Counted from the stretch's first letter, positions 9,301-19,088 are shown. The stretch: 64,000 nt of DNA from an uncultured Pseudobdellovibrionaceae bacterium (GCA_964463705.1 CAYXCH010000011.1:3473-67472), one strand, 5' to 3'. Numbers and translations are program-made. The notes: generated by a model not told the origin, from the letters alone.

Positions 9301-11030
9301 GGCGTCAGTGTTACACGATAGATGGTGTTATCGGTGGTGATACGGTGAAAGGTTCCAAAATCATAGAGTCGCGGGGTAGCGGGTGGCCGTATTACCGTCG
9401 TAGTGATACGAAGGTGGGCGCGCGGTGTAAGTTGCGCATCGGCAGCATAGCGCGCTGCTGCTTCCGGTGGAGCGAGAAGATAAACACGATCAAATCGGTC
9501 CAATGGCACTCGGCGAAGATCTTCCGGATTAAATATATAGGCACTATGCCGATGGAAATATGTCCGCAGCGCTCCGCTCAGCAAGGCATACGGATCTCCA
9601 CTGCTTTCTCGGTCCACCAAAAGCAATTCTCCCGGAGCGAGCATATCCGCAATCCGTTGCGTTTGTGAGAGGAGACCATCTTGTTCTTTTAATGGAAAGA
9701 GTGCAATATGCGCCGGCAGGGCAAGCGCTCCCAATATCAGAATGATTGCCAGTGTTTGACGACGTGCTGCGGCTTGTGCCGCGATAATACACCCAACGGT
9801 TAGCAGACCAAAGGTAACACGCCGCAACATCCATGGTGCATCACTACTGATATGCGGGTCAATTAAATAGATACCCAGTGGAAGAATCATCAGTATGGGA
9901 AACAGTCGAGTCCATGCTTTTTTTCGAAACCATAGAAATGCCATCACCGCCGCAACAATCAGCACCGGAGCAATACCGTATGAATAGTATGCCGTCCAGC
10001 GCGCAACCATGTCATTAAGTAATCCGCCACCGCCGGACCCTCCCGTTCCGATAAGAGCAACGGCAACGCTGCGATAAAAATCCGTTGTTTGTGCAAATAC
10101 CGCGCCAAATAGTGTGATGACTGCAAGAAATGGTAGGGCAACATATACAACACTGCGAGCGGATACAACCCGGGATAGTCCGCCGGGTAACGCGATGGCG
10201 CATCCCAACATCATAATAAACAATGCAATTCCTTCAATACGAGCAAATGTTAGCAGAGCGCCACCCGCCACCGCTCCCGCGTAAGCGATGGTTCGGAGTG
10301 ATGGAACACGAAGAGCGATGAGAAACAGTGCACAAACGGCGGCGATAAGAAACTGTGCAAGATTCTCACTCAGCGTATGACGCAAGAGATATGTGTAAGA
10401 GAACTGTGTCAGGACGAGAAACAGTGCGGCAGCTCCGACACGCATTCGTACCGATGTTGGTGCCAGCAGCATCGCCGCAAGAACAACAGAAAGTGCAAAT
10501 AAAACGAACAGTACACCGTTGGCAATAAGAAGTCCATAGATACCAAATATCCAATAAAATACAGCCAGTACCGCGATATATGGCAGTGGAAACTGTGTAG
10601 TGAGTGCTCCATCCGCCGTATAGTAGAAGCCGGGAAAATTCAGCGCTTTTCCCGTTCCGTAGAATGAAAAAAAGGCATCGCTTTCAGGGGTATGTACGCG
10701 TAGTGTTCCGTGCTCCGCAAGCAGAATGGCGGCGGTACTGAGTGAGCCCTGATCACGACCCGTAAATATATCGGGCGTAGCGTAGTGCAGTGCAACAATT
10801 GCAAACACCGTGGCAACGAGTGCGAATGGCCACAGAGGGCGCAGGGCGCGTATCCACTGTGTCCCACGTCGTGTTAAAAGCGCTCCGATACCGACGGCAA
10901 GGTACATCGCCCCGATTCCGCCATGAAATGTTGTAAGCGCCATACCAAACGCCACGGCAACAAACCCGAGTACATAGATCAGCAAGATTGTCGCCGCGCG
11001 CAGCATATGTTTATGCATTAGTCCGTGCAT
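9297..11030 (-). CDS. Polytopic membrane protein, probably a GT-C fold glycosyltransferase (ArnT/PMT-like)
   Basis: It has at least 12 predicted TM helices over about 450 aa. A soluble loop after TM3 reads DIFTGRDQGSLSTAAILLAEHG. A soluble C-terminal domain follows. A start near MHGLM... (about 11030) is more likely than the track's 11120. Confidence 0.45.
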   Translation of the reverse strand: MHGLMHKHMLRAATILLIYVLGFVAVAFGMALTTFHGGIGAMYLAVGIGALLTRRGTQWIRALRPLWPFALVATVFAIVALHYATPDIFTGRDQGSLSTAAILLAEHGTLRVHTPESDAFFSFYGTGKALNFPGFYYTADGALTTQFPLPYIAVLAVFYWIFGIYGLLIANGVLFVLFALSVVLAAMLLAPTSVRMRVGAAALFLVLTQFSYTYLLRHTLSENLAQFLIAAVCALFLIALRVPSLRTIAYAGAVAGGALLTFARIEGIALFIMMLGCAIALPGGLSRVVSARSVVYVALPFLAVITLFGAVFAQTTDFYRSVAVALIGTGGSGGGGLLNDMVARWTAYYSYGIAPVLIVAAVMAFLWFRKKAWTRLFPILMILPLGIYLIDPHISSDAPWMLRRVTFGLLTVGCIIAAQAAARRQTLAIILILGALALPAHIALFPLKEQDGLLSQTQRIADMLAPGELLLVDRESSGDPYALLSGALRTYFHRHSAYIFNPEDLRRVPLDRFDRVYLLAPPEAAARYAADAQLTPRAHLRITTTVIRPPATPRLYDFGTFHRITTDNTIYRVTLTP

Positions 11031-11110
11031 ATGAATATAGTATACCATGATGATTGTTGTATACCAGAGTTTATGGTAAACTGTGAAATAGCGCATGCAG
11101 ACCAAATACA

Positions 11111-12517
11111 ATGGAAACAATTATACAAAAACTTATCCAAGTGGTGCTGGCATTGATTACACTTGTTGCGGCATATATGGCATCTCGCGGAATTGTGTCG
11201 GATACGCCCGCACTGTCATCGGTAACGCAGAGTATTTCCTCCGTGTTGTCCTCATCGTCACCAATACAGTCCGCATCCACCACACCACCCGAGCCGTCCG
11301 CACCACCCGCTGTCTCAACGGTAACGTCAGCGCCCGTTGCGCCATCCGCTCCTTCCGGTGCGGGAACAAATACATCTGCTGTAACATCACCTTCTTCCGT
11401 TGGTGGTGAACACACCGGTACATCATCGGGTGGTGGATCCGAAGGAACAACGGTAGCGACAATCGGTGGCTCAAGTGTTGTATCGGGATTGGGTGCTCCC
11501 ACCAATAATACAACACTTCAGACGGGAACGATGAAAATTGGTGTCAATGACACATGGGAAATCTATGGCGGGATCTACAGTGGGGGAATGACATGGAGCA
11601 GCGCAATGATTTCTACACTAAATAGTGTCGGGTACAGTGCCTTTCGGTTTATGAACTTTAACGGGAACGGCGCACAGATTCCCGGGGGCGGGCCGGAGGA
11701 AACGTGGGCGACACGTGTGCCGCCGGGGGAAATTATTTATCCGGGTCAAGGTGTTCGCATTTCTTACGAAGCACAGATTGCGCTATGTAATGCGGCAAAA
11801 GTAGATTGTTGGATCAGTGTCCCCGCAAAGACGGATAAAGACCCGACATTTGGAACACAGCTTGCGCAGTTAATCAAGAGCACACTGGATCCATCACTGA
11901 AAGTATATATTGAGTGGTCCAATGAAAGCTGGAATGATGGTGGATACAGTGCGCAGTACGCAGCGGACCGTGCGCGGGCATTAGGTATGAAGGCGGATGA
12001 AGATTCCACATATGTTATGGCGGCACAGTATACTCCGTGCGCCGGTGCGCAACTATGGAGCGCGTTTGAATCTGTCTTCACCGGTGCGGATCGCAATCGG
12101 TTGGTGACGGTACTTTCAGGTCATTGGGACGGAATGCAAACCTGGTATAATGAGGAAATTCTCAAGCGTTTGCAAGATAAAACATGTAACCCCAATGGTG
12201 TGCGTCCCGATGCGTTTGCCGTCGCACCATATTTTGATGGGACGGTAGCGGGAGCGAACGGAATGAAAGAGGCCTTTGCGAATTTGCGGAATAATATTGT
12301 TCCGGATGATATAGCGCTTGTGACCTATGAGGGTGGTACGGAGAGTGGGTATGACTATGATGCGTACATGGCCTACCTTGATGCGATGGCGCCGTATTTT
12401 GACCTCTACATGGCATATAACTTTAACCAGCCCGGCTGGGGAGTTGCCAATGAAGATACCAGTGATACACCGCGGCAAAAGGCGATTCGCGATTGGATTG
12501 CAAAGAACGGGCCGTGA
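11111..12517 (+). CDS. Cell-surface protein, paralogue A. It has an N-terminal signal-anchor, a Ser/Thr/Pro/Ala-rich linker, and a conserved domain of about 330 aa with glycoside-hydrolase clan-A-like motifs.
   Basis: The N-terminus [16 protein letters not shown] is hydrophobic and is followed by a low-complexity STPA-rich linker. The conserved domain carries [20 protein letters not shown] and YEGGTE, which would fit GH-A acid/base (NE) and nucleophile (E) motifs. Confidence 0.5.
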   Translation: METIIQKLIQVVLALITLVAAYMASRGIVSDTPALSSVTQSISSVLSSSSPIQSASTTPPEPSAPPAVSTVTSAPVAPSAPSGAGTNTSAVTSPSSVGGEHTGTSSGGGSEGTTVATIGGSSVVSGLGAPTNNTTLQTGTMKIGVNDTWEIYGGIYSGGMTWSSAMISTLNSVGYSAFRFMNFNGNGAQIPGGGPEETWATRVPPGEIIYPGQGVRISYEAQIALCNAAKVDCWISVPAKTDKDPTFGTQLAQLIKSTLDPSLKVYIEWSNESWNDGGYSAQYAADRARALGMKADEDSTYVMAAQYTPCAGAQLWSAFESVFTGADRNRLVTVLSGHWDGMQTWYNEEILKRLQDKTCNPNGVRPDAFAVAPYFDGTVAGANGMKEAFANLRNNIVPDDIALVTYEGGTESGYDYDAYMAYLDAMAPYFDLYMAYNFNQPGWGVANEDTSDTPRQKAIRDWIAKNGP

Positions 12518-12535
12518 CAATTATTTTAAAAGACT

Positions 12536-14641
12536 ATGGAATCAATGATACAACAATTAGTGCAAGTGGTAATGGCGCTCATGACGATGTTATCCGCGTA
12601 TTTGGTGGGGGATAGCGCTTCAAATCAAACGTTAACACAAACACAGACAACGGTGCAAAATGTCCAGAGCAGTCTCAACGTTTCTTCTCCGTCGCCACCC
12701 GCTGTAACACATACAAACACCACTCTATCCACTCCTACACCCCCGGCGTCCGTATCCGGTGGTGCCGGAGGAGCCGGTGCCACCGCCACGGTAACGGTTC
12801 GCGGGTCCGGCGTAACAACGATCGGAGGATCAACGGAAGTGGCGTCCCTTGGGACATCATCGGTGACACCAAGTAATAACACGGCCTTTGGCAGTGGAAC
12901 GATGCAGATCGGTATTAACGATGCATGGATGATTTATGGAGGAATTTACAGTACGTCCGGGTGGTCTCCGGCGTTTATCAATCACTTGCGCAGTGTGCCA
13001 TATGCGGCATTTCGGTTTATGAACTTTAATGGAAATGGTGGAAATGTGCCGTTTCACGTTGGTGCACTTGGGGACATGCCCACCGGTGGGCCGGACGGTA
13101 CATGGGCGGGACGTGTAAAGCCGGGAGAAATTCGTCCCGATGCGCAGGGTGATCCCGGGCTGATTTCCTATGAGGCGCAAATAGAATTATGCAACGCGGC
13201 ACAGGTAGATTGTTGGTTTAGCGTTCCGGCAAAGAGTGACCAAGATCCGACATTTGGTCCAAATCTTGCCACGCTGATTAAAGAGAAGCTGGATCCATCC
13301 CGCCGTGTCTATATTGAATGGGCGAATGAGAGTTGGAATTTTCTCGGAGGAATTTATGCGGCAGAGTATGCGGCGGCACGCGGGAAACAGTTGGGGCTGA
13401 GTGGTGCGGATAGTGGGGTATATGGAATGGCATTTCAATATACAGCATGCGCCGGTGCACAACTATGGAGCGCGTTTGAATCTGTCTTCACCGGTGCGGA
13501 TCGCAATCGGTTGGTGACGGTGTTAGCCGGTCAGTTCGGTGATCCGGGAGATCCCAATGTATATCTTGTGAAAACACATTTTGATGCGTTGAATGATCCA
13601 AAATGCAATCCCAATGGCGTAATGCCGGACGCATATGCCATTGCTCCTTACTTTGACGGGACGACTGCACAGTTGGGAGCTTATGATACGGCATTGCAAG
13701 CATTTGAGGACGCGTTGCCGAGTGGTGTTACGCTGATTACTTATGAAGGAGGAACAGAGAAAACGTATGATTACAATGCATACTATGAGTATCTTAACGT
13801 TCTTTCCAAGCACGTTGCATTATACATGGCATATAATGTAAACCAGCCTACGTGGGGAGTTGCAACAGAAGATCTGCAAGATACGCAACGGTTAAAAGCA
13901 ATTCGTGATTGGCTTGCCAAGAATGGGCAAGGGGGAGGTGTCGCTTCCGCCGGCGGTACTGTTGCTACCGGCACTTCCGGTACTCGCGGAGCATCAGCAA
14001 CATCAACACAAACAACATCAACACAAACTTCCGCTCCTCAGTCACCAACCAGTGTTGCTCCGACGAATACAACATCATCCGGTGTAGAACAAGCCGGCAC
14101 CGGGACAATTACGCATGGCAGTGGTGCGTCCGCCCGCAGCGATGGAACTGATGGTTTCACATCGGATGCCGGCGGAGCCTCTACATTAAGTGGTGAACAT
14201 TGGAACTATTGCGGTCCGACACCGGAGCCATGGGATGTGCCATGTGCGCGTAGTGGTGTTTCCGGTACGTTTACCAATATTGCTCGTGGTACCGGTGCGG
14301 GAACGTTGACGGTAACGGTATTTGGAGATCATGACAGTGAGCCGCCATCGGAGGATGCTGAATGGGTACGTATCATGGTTGATGATGTGGATTTGGGTCT
14401 TGTATTTAATCATAATCCGGGTGATGATCGTTTTAACTTCTCCTCTTATGGTGGCGCGGCAGACTGGGGAAACCTCAAAAGTGAAGAAATCACCAGTACG
14501 GCATCATTGAGTGCAGAGGAAATTTCTCGCATTACGGCAGATGGAAGCGTTACAGTACGATTTGACTTTATCGGAGACAGCCATGATGATTTCAAATATG
14601 TTCCGGCAGAGGAGTATATTCGATGGACATTAACATATTAA
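12536..14641 (+). CDS. Cell-surface protein, paralogue B. It has the same core domain plus a C-terminal Ser/Thr-rich region and an extra beta-rich domain.
   Basis: The core aligns with paralogue A ([26 protein letters not shown]). A 73-nt stretch (13449-13521) matches paralogue A (12039-12111) at 72 of 73 positions. Confidence 0.5.
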   Translation: MESMIQQLVQVVMALMTMLSAYLVGDSASNQTLTQTQTTVQNVQSSLNVSSPSPPAVTHTNTTLSTPTPPASVSGGAGGAGATATVTVRGSGVTTIGGSTEVASLGTSSVTPSNNTAFGSGTMQIGINDAWMIYGGIYSTSGWSPAFINHLRSVPYAAFRFMNFNGNGGNVPFHVGALGDMPTGGPDGTWAGRVKPGEIRPDAQGDPGLISYEAQIELCNAAQVDCWFSVPAKSDQDPTFGPNLATLIKEKLDPSRRVYIEWANESWNFLGGIYAAEYAAARGKQLGLSGADSGVYGMAFQYTACAGAQLWSAFESVFTGADRNRLVTVLAGQFGDPGDPNVYLVKTHFDALNDPKCNPNGVMPDAYAIAPYFDGTTAQLGAYDTALQAFEDALPSGVTLITYEGGTEKTYDYNAYYEYLNVLSKHVALYMAYNVNQPTWGVATEDLQDTQRLKAIRDWLAKNGQGGGVASAGGTVATGTSGTRGASATSTQTTSTQTSAPQSPTSVAPTNTTSSGVEQAGTGTITHGSGASARSDGTDGFTSDAGGASTLSGEHWNYCGPTPEPWDVPCARSGVSGTFTNIARGTGAGTLTVTVFGDHDSEPPSEDAEWVRIMVDDVDLGLVFNHNPGDDRFNFSSYGGAADWGNLKSEEITSTASLSAEEISRITADGSVTVRFDFIGDSHDDFKYVPAEEYIRWTLTY

Positions 14642-14664
14642 GCGACACCAGAAAAATAGTGCAG

Positions 14665-14693
14665 TTGACAGAACGCTATCCCTCTCGTATACT
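14665..14693 (+). promoter_or_regulatory. Consensus-like sigma-70 promoter for secE-nusG
   Basis: TTGACA (14665-14670), a 17-nt spacer, then TATACT (14688-14693). A leader hairpin AAGCCC-tgaaa-GGGCTT plus a T-run (about 14707-14728) lies between the promoter and the RBS. Confidence 0.55.
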
Positions 14694-14741
14694 GTGAGTG
14701 TGCACAGAAGCCCTGAAAGGGCTTTTTCTAAAGGAGTTATT

Positions 14742-14924
14742 ATGAAGAAAGTAATCGCATTTTTGGGCGATGTTCGTCGGGAGCTGCATAAAGTGCAGTG
14801 GCCGACCAAGACACAGACACTGCGCTATACGCTGTTGGTGGTTGCCATCAGTGTGGTGGTGGCGATTTATCTTGGAGCATTGGATTATGTATTTGGCGGA
14901 ATCGTCCGCGGAGTTATCGGTTAA
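14742..14924 (+). CDS. secE: Preprotein translocase subunit SecE
   Basis: From MKKVIAFLGDVRRELHKVQWPTKTQTLRYTLLVVAISVVVAIYLGALDYVFGGIV the product is 60 aa with a single TM segment. The RBS AAGGAG lies 7 nt upstream, and the gene sits immediately upstream of nusG. Confidence 0.8.
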   Translation: MKKVIAFLGDVRRELHKVQWPTKTQTLRYTLLVVAISVVVAIYLGALDYVFGGIVRGVIG

Positions 14925-14936
14925 CGTTTTCGGGCA

Positions 14937-15482
14937 ATGGCAAAGCAGACACAGCATCATGGGCGTGCATGGTATGTGATTCACACGTACTCCGGTTATG
15001 AGGATAATGTAGCGCGCAATCTCCGACAGCGCATTGAGTCTATGGACATGCAAGACTACATTTTTGATGTAATGGTGCCGACGGAGAAAAAGGTAAAAAT
15101 CAAGAACGGGAAGCGAGTAACGGTAGAAGAGCGCATTTATCCCGGGTATGTATTGGTGAATATGATCGTGACTGATGCTTCATGGTATGTGGTTCGCAAT
15201 ACTCCCAATGTTACCGGATTTATCGGATTGGGAACAACACCGACACCTGTGGACCCGGCGGAAATTGCGCAGATCAAGCAACGTATGGGTGTGGATGCGC
15301 CCAAGCATGAGGTGGCATTTGCCGTCGGGGATATTGTACGAATTACCGATGGTCCGTTTAAGGAGTTTGACGGAAAGGTCCGTGGAGTGGATAAGGACCG
15401 AGGAAAGGTGAAGGTGATGGTTAATATGTTTGGACGCGAGACGCCGGTAGAGCTGGACTTCTTGCAGGTTTCCAAGATGTAA
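14937..15482 (+). CDS. nusG: Transcription termination/antitermination factor NusG
   Basis: The product has an NGN domain (WYVIHTYSGYE) and a C-terminal KOW domain (FAVGDIVRITDGPFKEFDGKV). Confidence 0.92.
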   Translation: MAKQTQHHGRAWYVIHTYSGYEDNVARNLRQRIESMDMQDYIFDVMVPTEKKVKIKNGKRVTVEERIYPGYVLVNMIVTDASWYVVRNTPNVTGFIGLGTTPTPVDPAEIAQIKQRMGVDAPKHEVAFAVGDIVRITDGPFKEFDGKVRGVDKDRGKVKVMVNMFGRETPVELDFLQVSKM

Positions 15483-15517
15483 GGTATGATCGGGGAGTAA
15501 TCCCAATTATCACCAAT

Positions 15518-15572
15518 GTAATTCCCGTGGGAGCGGTACCGATACAGTATCGCGCATGAACCACATAATATA
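15518..15572 (+). promoter_or_regulatory. Conserved leader motif upstream of rplK, copy 1 of 2 (possible L1-binding autoregulatory site or promoter)
   Basis: TGTAATTCCCGTGGGAGC...CGCATGAACCACATAATATAATGCAT is paralogous to the leader upstream of rplA. The shared blocks are TGTAATTC, GTGGGAGC, GAACCACATA and TATA. Confidence 0.4.
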
Positions 15573-15578
15573 ATGCAT

Positions 15579-16004
15579 ATGGCAAAGAAGGTAAAATCAA
15601 TTATCAAGCTGCAGATTGCGGCGGGGCAAGCAAATCCGGCGCCGCCGGTAGGTCCCGCATTGGGTCAGCATGGACTGAATATTCAAGATTTCTGCACGCA
15701 GTTTAACGATAAGACAAAGGATAAGATGGGGGATGTGATCCCGGTGGAGATTACCGTATACGAGGATCGCAGCTTTGACTTCATTATGAAGACTCCGCCC
15801 GCTGCGGAGTTGTTGAAGAAGGCCGCCGGTGTCAAGAAGGGCGCGGGAAATCCGCTGAAAGATACCGCCGGTACCGTTACACGCGCACAGGTAGAGGAAA
15901 TCGCACAGACCAAGATGGAAGATCTTAATGCGATGACTGTTGAAGGTGCGATGAAGATTGTGGAGGGAACGGCGCGCAGCATGGGTATCAAGGTACAAGA
16001 GTAA
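15579..16004 (+). CDS. rplK: 50S ribosomal protein L11
   Basis: [39 protein letters not shown]... is a full-length L11. Confidence 0.92.
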   Translation: MAKKVKSIIKLQIAAGQANPAPPVGPALGQHGLNIQDFCTQFNDKTKDKMGDVIPVEITVYEDRSFDFIMKTPPAAELLKKAAGVKKGAGNPLKDTAGTVTRAQVEEIAQTKMEDLNAMTVEGAMKIVEGTARSMGIKVQE

Positions 16005-16006
16005 TA

Positions 16007-16065
16007 TGTAATTCGTTGTGGGAGCATGCGGGTATCGCATGCGCGGAACCACATAGTATACACTT
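16007..16065 (+). promoter_or_regulatory. Conserved leader motif upstream of rplA, copy 2 of 2
   Basis: TGTAATTCGTTGTGGGAGCATGCGGGTATCGCATGCGCGGAACCACATAGTATACAC contains a GCATGC ... GCATGC self-complementary hairpin. It aligns with the rplK leader. Confidence 0.4.
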
Positions 16066-16755
16066 ATGGCAAAAGTTTCAAAGCGTTTCGCCGCATTGCG
16101 CGAAAAGGTCAATATGCAACAATCTGTTGTTGCGCCGAAAGAAGCATTCACGCTTCTGAAAGAGTTGGCATCGGCAAAATTTGACGAGTCGGTAGAAGTG
16201 CATGTTCGTTTAACGATTGATGCACGCAAGGGAGATCAGCAAGTTCGGTCTACGGTGACGCTTCCGCACGGAACCGGTAAAGATGTTCGGGTAGCGGTAA
16301 TCACATCAACACAACAGGAAGCAGCGACAGAGGCGGGAGCAACAGTCGTTGGTGGTGAAGAAATTATTGAGGAGATTGCGAAGGGTGAGGTTATCGGTAA
16401 TGTGGACATTATAATCGCAACACCGGAAATGATGCCAAAATTGGCGTCGGTGGCACGAATTCTCGGTCCGCGCGGCATGATGCCGAATCCGAAAGCGGGA
16501 ACGGTAACGCAAGATGTTGCAAAGACGGTAGCAGACGTGCGCACGGGTCAAGTAGACTTCCGCAATGATCGTACGGGAAATATTCACCAAGTGATCGGAA
16601 AGGCGTCCTTTACACCGGAGCAGTTGGAAGAGAATTATACCGCATTGTTATCTGCAATTGAGGCGGCGCGTCCACAAGGTTATAAAGGTGCGCTGATTGC
16701 ACGGGTTACGGTCTGCACGACGATGAGCCCCTCCGTGACAACATTGATGAAATAA
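16066..16755 (+). CDS. rplA: 50S ribosomal protein L1
   Basis: The 229-aa product is L1-like throughout (…PHGTGKDVRVAVI…GPRGMMPNPKAGTVT…). Confidence 0.92.
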   Translation: MAKVSKRFAALREKVNMQQSVVAPKEAFTLLKELASAKFDESVEVHVRLTIDARKGDQQVRSTVTLPHGTGKDVRVAVITSTQQEAATEAGATVVGGEEIIEEIAKGEVIGNVDIIIATPEMMPKLASVARILGPRGMMPNPKAGTVTQDVAKTVADVRTGQVDFRNDRTGNIHQVIGKASFTPEQLEENYTALLSAIEAARPQGYKGALIARVTVCTTMSPSVTTLMK

Positions 16756-16760
16756 TTACC

Positions 16761-17330
16761 ATGCGGCAACGAGTCATCGGGCTGGTGGGAGAAACCGGCA
16801 GTGGAAAAGATACGGTGGCAGATTATTTGCGTGATGTCTATGGCGCAGAGTTAACGCGATTTAGCGATCCGTTGAAGTCGGCGTTAGCGTTATTCTTTGA
16901 TGCGCCAAGTAAGGCGGATCAGGCATGGTTGTATGGTGTATTTAAGGAGCGCTTTGGTGAGGACGTTCTGCATCAAGCATTGCGTCATCATCTTGAGCGT
17001 ACAACATCACCGTTGGTGGTAATCAATGGGTTGCGTATGCGCGCAGATGAGGACTTCGTACGATCTATTGAAGGAAGCATGATCCTCTATATTACGGCGC
17101 CACAGCGATTGCGATGGGAGCGGACGGTTGGTCGTGGAGAAAAGTCTGATGATGCGCAGTCGTTTGATGCGTTTGCTCAGTTTGAATCTACAGCGGAAAC
17201 GGAGCGTCACGTACCGGCTATTGGTTCGCGCGCGGAGGAGACAATCGTTAATGACGGTACATTACAGGAGTTGTTGGACGCTGTAGATGCGGTGATGCAG
17301 CGATATCAGTGTAAAAAAGCAGAAAAATGA
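16761..17330 (+). CDS. P-loop deoxynucleoside monophosphate kinase-like protein (phage T4 gp1 dNMP kinase family)
   Basis: The Walker A region VIGLVGETGSGKDTVADYL matches T4 dNMP kinase LIFLSGVKRSGKDTTADFI. LKSALALFF parallels IKDALAYAW. The C-terminal TIVNDGTLQELL parallels VITNDGSLEELF. Confidence 0.55.
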   Translation: MRQRVIGLVGETGSGKDTVADYLRDVYGAELTRFSDPLKSALALFFDAPSKADQAWLYGVFKERFGEDVLHQALRHHLERTTSPLVVINGLRMRADEDFVRSIEGSMILYITAPQRLRWERTVGRGEKSDDAQSFDAFAQFESTAETERHVPAIGSRAEETIVNDGTLQELLDAVDAVMQRYQCKKAEK

Positions 17331-18244
17331 AGGAGTCTGTCATGTCTCCCGAGATGGCTCCCGCCCGCTGCGAACGGGAGCCGCGTCTTCCCATTGTTTG
17401 TCTCCATACGCAATTGGTGAATCGCCACAATTTTTGCGGAGCGTTATTCCCATATCGATATGATCCTGTTGCCCGGAGTATTCAGCGAAAATCATCAACG
17501 ATTACTTCCGCTGACTACTTTCGTTCTAACAAAGAGACTCGTCTGTTGCGGCGCCGCGGGCATGAATGCGGAGACTCTTACAATATCACACCTATTGTAT
17601 CTTCATCGGAAAACGCGATATTGTTTACAGATGGGTTGTTTGATTGTATTTCTGTGCTTGTCTATGGGGAGCGGAATGGTGTACGTTCAGCATTTCTAAC
17701 CCATCATAATCCGTCGGAGATGATGGATAATCCTGATCAAGAGCGGGAATTTTCTGATGCGTTTCGTCGTCGTATAAGAGAATTTTTGAGTACTGTCCAT
17801 CCGGATACGGTGACGGCAGGTATTATTGGTGGATGTCTGCAAACTTTTAGTATATATGGCACAATACGGGACGCAACGCCCTATCGTACCAATGTACTAT
17901 TGATACATGATCTTATTTCTGAAGAGTGTGACAAAAAGCAGTGCACATCATCTGTTTCCGTAATGGTGGCGCCGACGGACCAACATGAAATTAATAAGGA
18001 GGATATTCAAAAAATAAGTGCAGCAAATCGGCTGTTGAAATCGGTAGCAGATAGAATAACGGTTATGAGTACAACGTTCCGATTTCGACATGACCCGATG
18101 GCAATCGCGCATCAACAGAGTATTGTATACGATGTGGCTAATCATCGCGCCGATGTTTTTCGGTTTTCTGCAACCGCATCAGCACATGATGAAATTCTTC
18201 CTTCGCAATCATTGCAAGAGTACATAGAGACATTGCCCGGGTAG
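17327..18244 (+). CDS. Hypothetical protein, 4-nt ATGA-overlapped with the dNMP-kinase-like gene, in lower-GC DNA
   Basis: The 305-aa ORF has no motif I recognise. Its GC drops to about 44% from roughly 17450. Confidence 0.4.
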   Translation: MKESVMSPEMAPARCEREPRLPIVCLHTQLVNRHNFCGALFPYRYDPVARSIQRKSSTITSADYFRSNKETRLLRRRGHECGDSYNITPIVSSSENAILFTDGLFDCISVLVYGERNGVRSAFLTHHNPSEMMDNPDQEREFSDAFRRRIREFLSTVHPDTVTAGIIGGCLQTFSIYGTIRDATPYRTNVLLIHDLISEECDKKQCTSSVSVMVAPTDQHEINKEDIQKISAANRLLKSVADRITVMSTTFRFRHDPMAIAHQQSIVYDVANHRADVFRFSATASAHDEILPSQSLQEYIETLPG

Positions 18245-18272
18245 CTTGCGATAGGTTTCATCACGGTGTAGG

Positions 18273-19055
18273 ATGGGACATATGAGTGCACTGATAAAAA
18301 CATCGGAAGAAATTGTCGCAATGCGACGAGCGGGGCGGGCGGCAGCGCAGTTGTTGTCGTGGCTGATCCCGCAGATTCGTACGGGGATGACAACGGAAGA
18401 TATTGATATCCTTGCTCGTGACTATACAAATGACGTGTTGCATGCGCAGAGTGCGCCATTGAATTATCACGGATTTCCCAAGCATATTTGCACATCTGTC
18501 AATGCCGTGGTGTGTCATGGAATTCCCGATGCGACAGTATTGAAGGACGGTGATATTGTAAACATTGATGTAACACCGAAGGTGGACGGATTTCACGGAG
18601 ATACCAGTGCAATGGTATGTATCGGTACCGTATCGGAATCGGCACGTCGTTTGGTAGACGTGGCCTATGATGCGTTATGGCGCGGTATTTGCAGTGTTCG
18701 CCCCGGTGCGCGGTTGGGAGATATCGGATATGCCATTCAGTCTTATGTGGAAGCACAGGGGTTTAGTGTCGTCCGGGATTATTGCGGACACGGTATTGGA
18801 CGCGGGTTCCATGAAGAGCCGCAGGTACTGCACTATGGAACGCGCGGAACGGGAATGGTATTGGAGCCGGGAATGATATTTACCATTGAGCCCATGATTA
18901 ACGCGGGAGACTATCATACACAGGTAGGTTCGGATCATTGGACGGTAACAACGGTGGATGGTTCTCTCAGTGCCCAGTGGGAGCATACACTTCTTGTTAC
19001 GGACACGGGCTGTGAAGTGTTAACATTACGTTCGTCGGAGCGCATGCGATGCTAA
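18273..19055 (+). CDS. map: Methionine aminopeptidase, type I
   Basis: The product carries the metal-binding motifs DGDIVNIDVT, GFHGDTS, GHGIGRGFHE and EPMIN. Confidence 0.9.
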   Translation: MGHMSALIKTSEEIVAMRRAGRAAAQLLSWLIPQIRTGMTTEDIDILARDYTNDVLHAQSAPLNYHGFPKHICTSVNAVVCHGIPDATVLKDGDIVNIDVTPKVDGFHGDTSAMVCIGTVSESARRLVDVAYDALWRGICSVRPGARLGDIGYAIQSYVEAQGFSVVRDYCGHGIGRGFHEEPQVLHYGTRGTGMVLEPGMIFTIEPMINAGDYHTQVGSDHWTVTTVDGSLSAQWEHTLLVTDTGCEVLTLRSSERMRC

Positions 19056-19088
19056 GCGGGAGCGGTGCTGAATGTATTAAGAAAGGCA

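Noticed and set aside
10140-10200. GGSGGGG stretch and a Gly-rich region in the GT-C-like membrane protein
   Set aside because: This is a low-complexity loop in a polytopic membrane protein. It is not a P-loop or nucleotide-binding motif, because the context is hydrophobic TM segments.
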